From contig NZ_AP027732.1 in the NCBI RefSeq assembly GCF_030296615.1, positions 2,545,042 to 2,609,041 of the forward strand: 64,000 nucleotides of DNA, written 5' to 3'. The position numbers and the translations under genes are program-made. The stretch is from Frondihabitans sucicola. Lineage in GTDB: Bacteria; Actinomycetota; Actinomycetes; Actinomycetales; Microbacteriaceae. Below are positions 60,074 to 64,000 of this stretch, in pieces. The stretch's first letter is position 1; each line of letters opens with the position of its first letter. The notes below the pieces were generated by a model that saw only the letters and a program-made list of their open reading frames with translations, was not told the origin of the DNA and did not search any database.

Positions 60074-61932
60074 TTACTTGCGGTTGCCGATGCGACCGCG
60101 AAGGACGTCGATTCGCTTCTGGATCTGCTCGGTGCTGGCCTGCGCGACGGAGGGGCCGCCGCTGATGCGACGGAGGTCGGCGTGGATGAGGCCGTGCGGC
60201 TCGTTGGAGTGACGCGACCAGATGGAGACCAGGCGGCTCAGCTCCTGCCGCTGCTCCTTGATGGTCTGATAGAGCGGGCGCGGTGTCTCGGCCTGTGTCG
60301 GGAGTCCGGTCTTGGGCGCGCGTTTGGCGCGGCCCGCCTGGGTGGCCTGGCGCTGGCGAAGCAGGTCGCGCACCTGGTCGGGTTCGAGGAGCCCCGGAAT
60401 GCCGATGAAATCGAGTTCTTCGAGGCTACCGATCTCACCGCCGGTGCCGAACTCGCCGCCGTCGTAGAGCACGCGGTCGAAGGAGGCCTGGGCGTCGAGA
60501 GCCTCGAAGGGCTGCTGTTCGAGGAGGCTGGAGGCCTTCTCCTCGCGGTTGGCCTCGGCGACCATCGCGTCTTCTTCCGGGGTGAAGAGGCCGTCGTCGG
60601 CGTTGGTCGGACGGTCGAGGGCGTGGTCGCGCTCGAGTTCGAGCTGGCCGGCGAGGGCCATGAGGCCGGGAACGCTCGGCAAGAAGATCGATGCGGTCTC
60701 GCCGCGCCGACGCGCTCGGACGAAACGGCCGACGGCCTGCGCGAAGAACAGGGGCGTGGAGGCACTGGTGGCGTAGACGCCCACAGCGAGACGCGGGACG
60801 TCGACACCCTCCGACACCATGCGCACGGCGACCATCCAGCGGGACTCGCCCGCCGAGAACGCGGCGATCCGGTCGCTGGCCGCCTTCTCGTCGGAGAGCA
60901 CGACGGTCGGGCGTTCGCCGGTGAGCTTCATCAGGATGGCTGCGTAGGCGCGGGCAGCCGTGTGGTCGGTTGCGATGACGAGGCCACCGGCGTCGGAAAC
61001 GCCGCGACGAACCTCGGTGAGCCGCTTGTCGGCGGCCGAGAGGACGGCCGCGATCCAGTCGCCCTGCGGAGAGAGCGCGGTGCGCCAGGCCTGGGCCGTG
61101 ATGTCTTTCGTGACGGCCTCGCCGAGCGTGGCGCTCATCTCGTCGCCCATGCGCGTTCGCCAGCGCATCTGGCCGGCGTAGGCCATGAACAGGACGGGCC
61201 GGACGACGCCGTCGGCGAGAGCGCGACCGTATCCGTAGGAGTAATCGGACTGCGACGTGCGGATGCCGTGCTCGTCGGGTGCGTATTCGACGAACGGGAT
61301 CGGAGCGGTGTCGGATCGGAACGGGGTTCCCGTCAGAGAGAGCCGACGCGTCGCACGGCCGAAGGCCTCGCGGATGCCGTCGCCCCACGTCAGAGCGTCG
61401 CCGCCGTGGTGGACCTCGTCGAGGATGACCAGTGTGCGCCCGGCTTCGGTGAGTGCCTTGTGCACCTCAGGCTTCATACCGACCTGGGCGTACGTGATCG
61501 CGACACCGTGATAGTGCCGACCGAATGTGACGTCGCCGTTCTTGAACATCGGATCGAGCCGCAGGTTCACGCGGTCGGCGGCGTCGGCCCACTGGCGCTT
61601 GAGGTGCTCTGTAGGGGCCACCACGACGACGCGGTCGATCTCGCCTCGGGAGAGCAGCTCGGTCGCCAGGCGGAGCGCGAAGGTGGTCTTGCCCGCGCCC
61701 GGGGTCGCAGCCGCCAGGAAATCGCGAGGGGAGGTGGCGAAGTACTTCTCGAGGGCTTCCGCCTGCCAGGCGCGGAGCTTGCCGGCGGTGCCCCAGGCAG
61801 CCCGCTCGGGGAAGGCGGGTGACAGGTGCTCTGCGGCCGAGTTGCCCGCGATCGCGCCGATTTCGAGTTCGGTTTCTGAGGCCGGAGAAGGGTTCTCGGG
61901 CTCGGGAGGAAGGAAGCGTTGGCGATACTCAC
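60074..61932 (-). CDS. superfamily-2 DEAD/DEAH-box helicase (apparent single-base frameshift ~61903)
   Basis: GTG start 13 nt after the dinB stop; ATPGAGKTTFA Walker A, DEVHH, helicase C domain. Confidence 0.7.
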
Positions 61933-61944
61933 TGGACCCCGAGT

Positions 61945-63231
61945 TTACTCGGCACCGAGCGGACGACCCGACACGTCGGCATCGGGTCGCGCGTTGCGCG
62001 ACACCCGTTTGGTCGACCCGCCGAGGAGACTCGCGGACGTGACGCTGCCGGGCCCGAAGCGGGCCCGCAGGGCGTCCATCGTCGTCTCGGCCTCGCGCCA
62101 GTCGGCGTCGTCGTCCCACAGCCCGACGGCACCGGAGGATTCGCCGGCGAAGGTCAGCTGCTCCATCCGTACGCCGACGAGCCGGATCGGAGTGAGGACC
62201 TTCCCGGACGTCTCGTAGACGCCTCGGACCTCTTCGAAGATGCGGCGCCCGAGGTCGGTCGGCTCGCCCAGGGTCTTGGAGCGGGTGATCGTCTCGAAAT
62301 CACCGAAGCGGAGCTTGAGGACGACGGTGCGGCCGGTGGCGCCGGCGGCCCGCAGGCGGCGCCCGACCTGGTCGCTGAGCCGGAAGAGCTCGCGGCGGAT
62401 GCGGTCGGCGTCTCGGACGTCGGTCTCGAAGGTGACCTCGTGCCCGACGCTCTTCTCGTCGGCCCGAGTGGTCACCTCGCGAGGGTCGCGGCCCCAGGCG
62501 AGCGCGTGGATCTTGGCGCCGCCGGCTGCGCCGACAGCTCGCTGCAGCGTGTCGAGCGGTGTGTTCGCAACGTCTCCGATGGTGTTCAGACCGTAACCGC
62601 GCAGGGTCTCTTCTGTGCGACCGCCGACGCCCCAGAGATTGCCGATCGGGCGCGGGTGCAGGAACGCGAGGGTCGACGCCTCGGGGACGATGAGAAGACC
62701 GTCGGGTTTCGCGACGCTGGACGCCAGCTTCGCGACGAATTTGGTCGAGGCCGCACCCACGCTGCAGTGGAGCCCGGTCTCGGCGTGCACTCGCCGCCGC
62801 AGCGCCGTCGCAATCTCGAACGGGGATCCGTACAGGCGGCGCGACCCGCTGACATCGAGGAAGGCTTCGTCGATGCCGAGGCGCTCGACGAGCGGGGTGA
62901 CGTCGTCGAACATCGACATGACGAGGGACGAGTAGTGCTGGTAGCGCTCGAAGTGAGGCTCGAGGACGATCGCCTGGGGGCATCGCCGCAGCGCCACGGC
63001 CATGGGCATGGCGGAGTTGACGCCGAATTTCCGGGCCTCGTAGGTGGCGGCGGTGACGACCGACCGCTGCGACCGGTGCCCCACGACCACGGGGAGGCCC
63101 CGGAGGTCGGGACGCTCGAGGAGCTCGACCGAGGCGAAGAAGGCGTCCATGTCGACGTGCAGGATGTTGGCCGTCGCGTCAGCGGTCGGCGTCGTCGTGA
63201 CCAGGCGCCCGCTGCCGTCCTGCTTGCTCAC
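61945..63231 (-). CDS. dinB: DNA polymerase IV
   Basis: ILHVDMDAFFASVELLERPDLRGLPVVVG ... Y-family palm/fingers/little-finger; start uncertain (GTG ~63231). Confidence 0.8.
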   Translation of the reverse strand: MSKQDGSGRLVTTTPTADATANILHVDMDAFFASVELLERPDLRGLPVVVGHRSQRSVVTAATYEARKFGVNSAMPMAVALRRCPQAIVLEPHFERYQHYSSLVMSMFDDVTPLVERLGIDEAFLDVSGSRRLYGSPFEIATALRRRVHAETGLHCSVGAASTKFVAKLASSVAKPDGLLIVPEASTLAFLHPRPIGNLWGVGGRTEETLRGYGLNTIGDVANTPLDTLQRAVGAAGGAKIHALAWGRDPREVTTRADEKSVGHEVTFETDVRDADRIRRELFRLSDQVGRRLRAAGATGRTVVLKLRFGDFETITRSKTLGEPTDLGRRIFEEVRGVYETSGKVLTPIRLVGVRMEQLTFAGESSGAVGLWDDDADWREAETTMDALRARFGPGSVTSASLLGGSTKRVSRNARPDADVSGRPLGAE

Positions 63232-63306
63232 GCGTTGGCTCGCTCTCGTACGTACAGACTCATGGGCCCCCTCTGAGACATGTTCGCACGCCCCACCGAC
63301 ACTGAG

Positions 63307-63362
63307 CCCCCGCCCGCCCCTCCCGCCCCGCCCGCCCCGCCCGCCCCGCCCGCCCCGCCCGC
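63307..63362. repeat. tandem 9-bp repeat (GCCCCGCCC) x ~6
   Basis: seen directly; upstream of dinB. Confidence 0.7.
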
Positions 63363-63451
63363 CCCGCCCGCCGAAAATCGAAGGGGATTCCTCCGTCCGC
63401 GACGATGTACGTGGGATCGAAGGTTGTTCCGCCGAAAATCCCCTTCGATTT

Positions 63452-63520
63452 CGGGAGGGAGGGAGGGAGGCAGGACGGGAGGGAGGGAGGGAGGGAAGGA
63501 AGGAGGGAGGGAGGCGGGCA
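63452..63520. repeat. (GGGA)n purine tract, ~15 units with few interruptions (G-quadruplex-prone)
   Basis: seen directly. Confidence 0.7.
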
Positions 63521-63533
63521 GGGTGCGACAGAG

Positions 63534-64000
63534 CTACGAGGAGACCGGCCCCAGCCACCGCGCGGCGACGGTGGCGTGCGCGGAGTCGCTCGACGAGGGA
63601 TGAAAGCGCCCGGCCATCACGTCTCGAGCGAGCCGCCCCAGTTCGGAGGAGTTCTGGAACGACGCCCCGCCGGCGACCGTGACCGCGCCGTCCACCACCC
63701 GTGCCGCCGTGGACGTCGCACGCAGCTTCAACGCCACGAGCCGAGGGAACCAGTCCGCTCCGTGGTCGACGAGGTCGTCGAGATCCTGCGCCAGGGTCTC
63801 GATCTGGGGCTCGAGGCCGTCGAGGTCGATCGCGGCGTCGGCCACGCGCCAGCGCACCACCGGGTCGTCGGAGATCGGCTGCCCGGTCCGTCGGGACGTC
63901 TTGCCGAGCGATGCGGCGACGGCCAGGTCGAGCGCGCGGCGTGCGATGCCGCGGTAGACGGCCGCGATCAGCGTCTCGAAGGCGGCGAAGATCCCGAACA
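63534..64000 (-). CDS. acyl-CoA dehydrogenase family protein, C-terminal part (5' end beyond window)
   Basis: ...VTVAGGASFQNSSELGRLARDVMAGRFHP resembles the ACAD C-terminal helical domain; ORF open to the window edge. Confidence 0.4.
   Translation of the reverse strand, partial: FGIFAAFETLIAAVYRGIARRALDLAVAASLGKTSRRTGQPISDDPVVRWRVADAAIDLDGLEPQIETLAQDLDDLVDHGADWFPRLVALKLRATSTAARVVDGAVTVAGGASFQNSSELGRLARDVMAGRFHPSSSDSAHATVAARWLGPVSS

Noticed and set aside
63280-63530. Possible CRISPR array
   Set aside because: Repeats are 9-bp and 4-bp microsatellite-type units with no spacers; no cas genes.

Overview
High-GC actinobacterial chromosome (gene order matches the Microbacteriaceae/Mycobacterium core: argG, rbpA, lnt, helY, tatC-tatA, pafC-pafB, trmI, mshC, uppP, tRNA-Leu, ndh, dinB). 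Most of the window is conserved housekeeping; the accessory DNA sits in one place.

Between the TetR regulator gene (3882-4562) and a small membrane-protein gene (23783-24205) is a ~19 kb insertion with ~59-bp imperfect terminal inverted repeats (4635-4693 and 23739-23797). It carries:
(i) a tightly overlapping four-gene tyrosine-recombinase module: an active integrase, an XRE HTH, a cysteine-rich protein, and a second recombinase-like protein that has lost the catalytic Arg;
(ii) an Mrr-like PD-(D/E)xK nuclease fused to a large unknown C-terminal domain;
(iii) an arsenic-resistance island: ArsR, ArsO-like flavoprotein, ArsR-ArsC fusion, aquaglyceroporin, CoADR-like flavoprotein, ArsC;
(iv) an NmtR/KmtR-like metalloregulator with two CDF efflux genes;
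(v) a serine recombinase next to a ~57-bp remnant of a paralogous CDF gene;
(vi) a lower-GC five-gene operon of unknown function: two excisionase-type HTH proteins, a 2-TM protein, a calcineurin-like metallophosphoesterase and a 369-aa internally repeated protein, with a divergent XRE regulator and a perfect 16-bp operator palindrome. This operon is the best candidate for an undescribed system.

Outside the element: a two-component system, a GT2 Ppm-like gene, an NfeD/SPFH pair, a cell-wall glycopolymer cluster (sugar phosphotransferase, GT1, CDP-alcohol phosphatidyltransferase, Wzz-like, TagD-like), and a repeat-rich G4-prone region upstream of dinB.

Caveat: at least 17 otherwise conserved genes, inside and outside the element, carry single-base frameshifts. 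All are consistent with one missing base, almost all in C/G homopolymer runs, which looks like a systematic sequencing artefact rather than pseudogenisation. These genes are therefore called as CDS with apparent frameshifts.

No CRISPR array and no rRNA. One tRNA (Leu-GAG).
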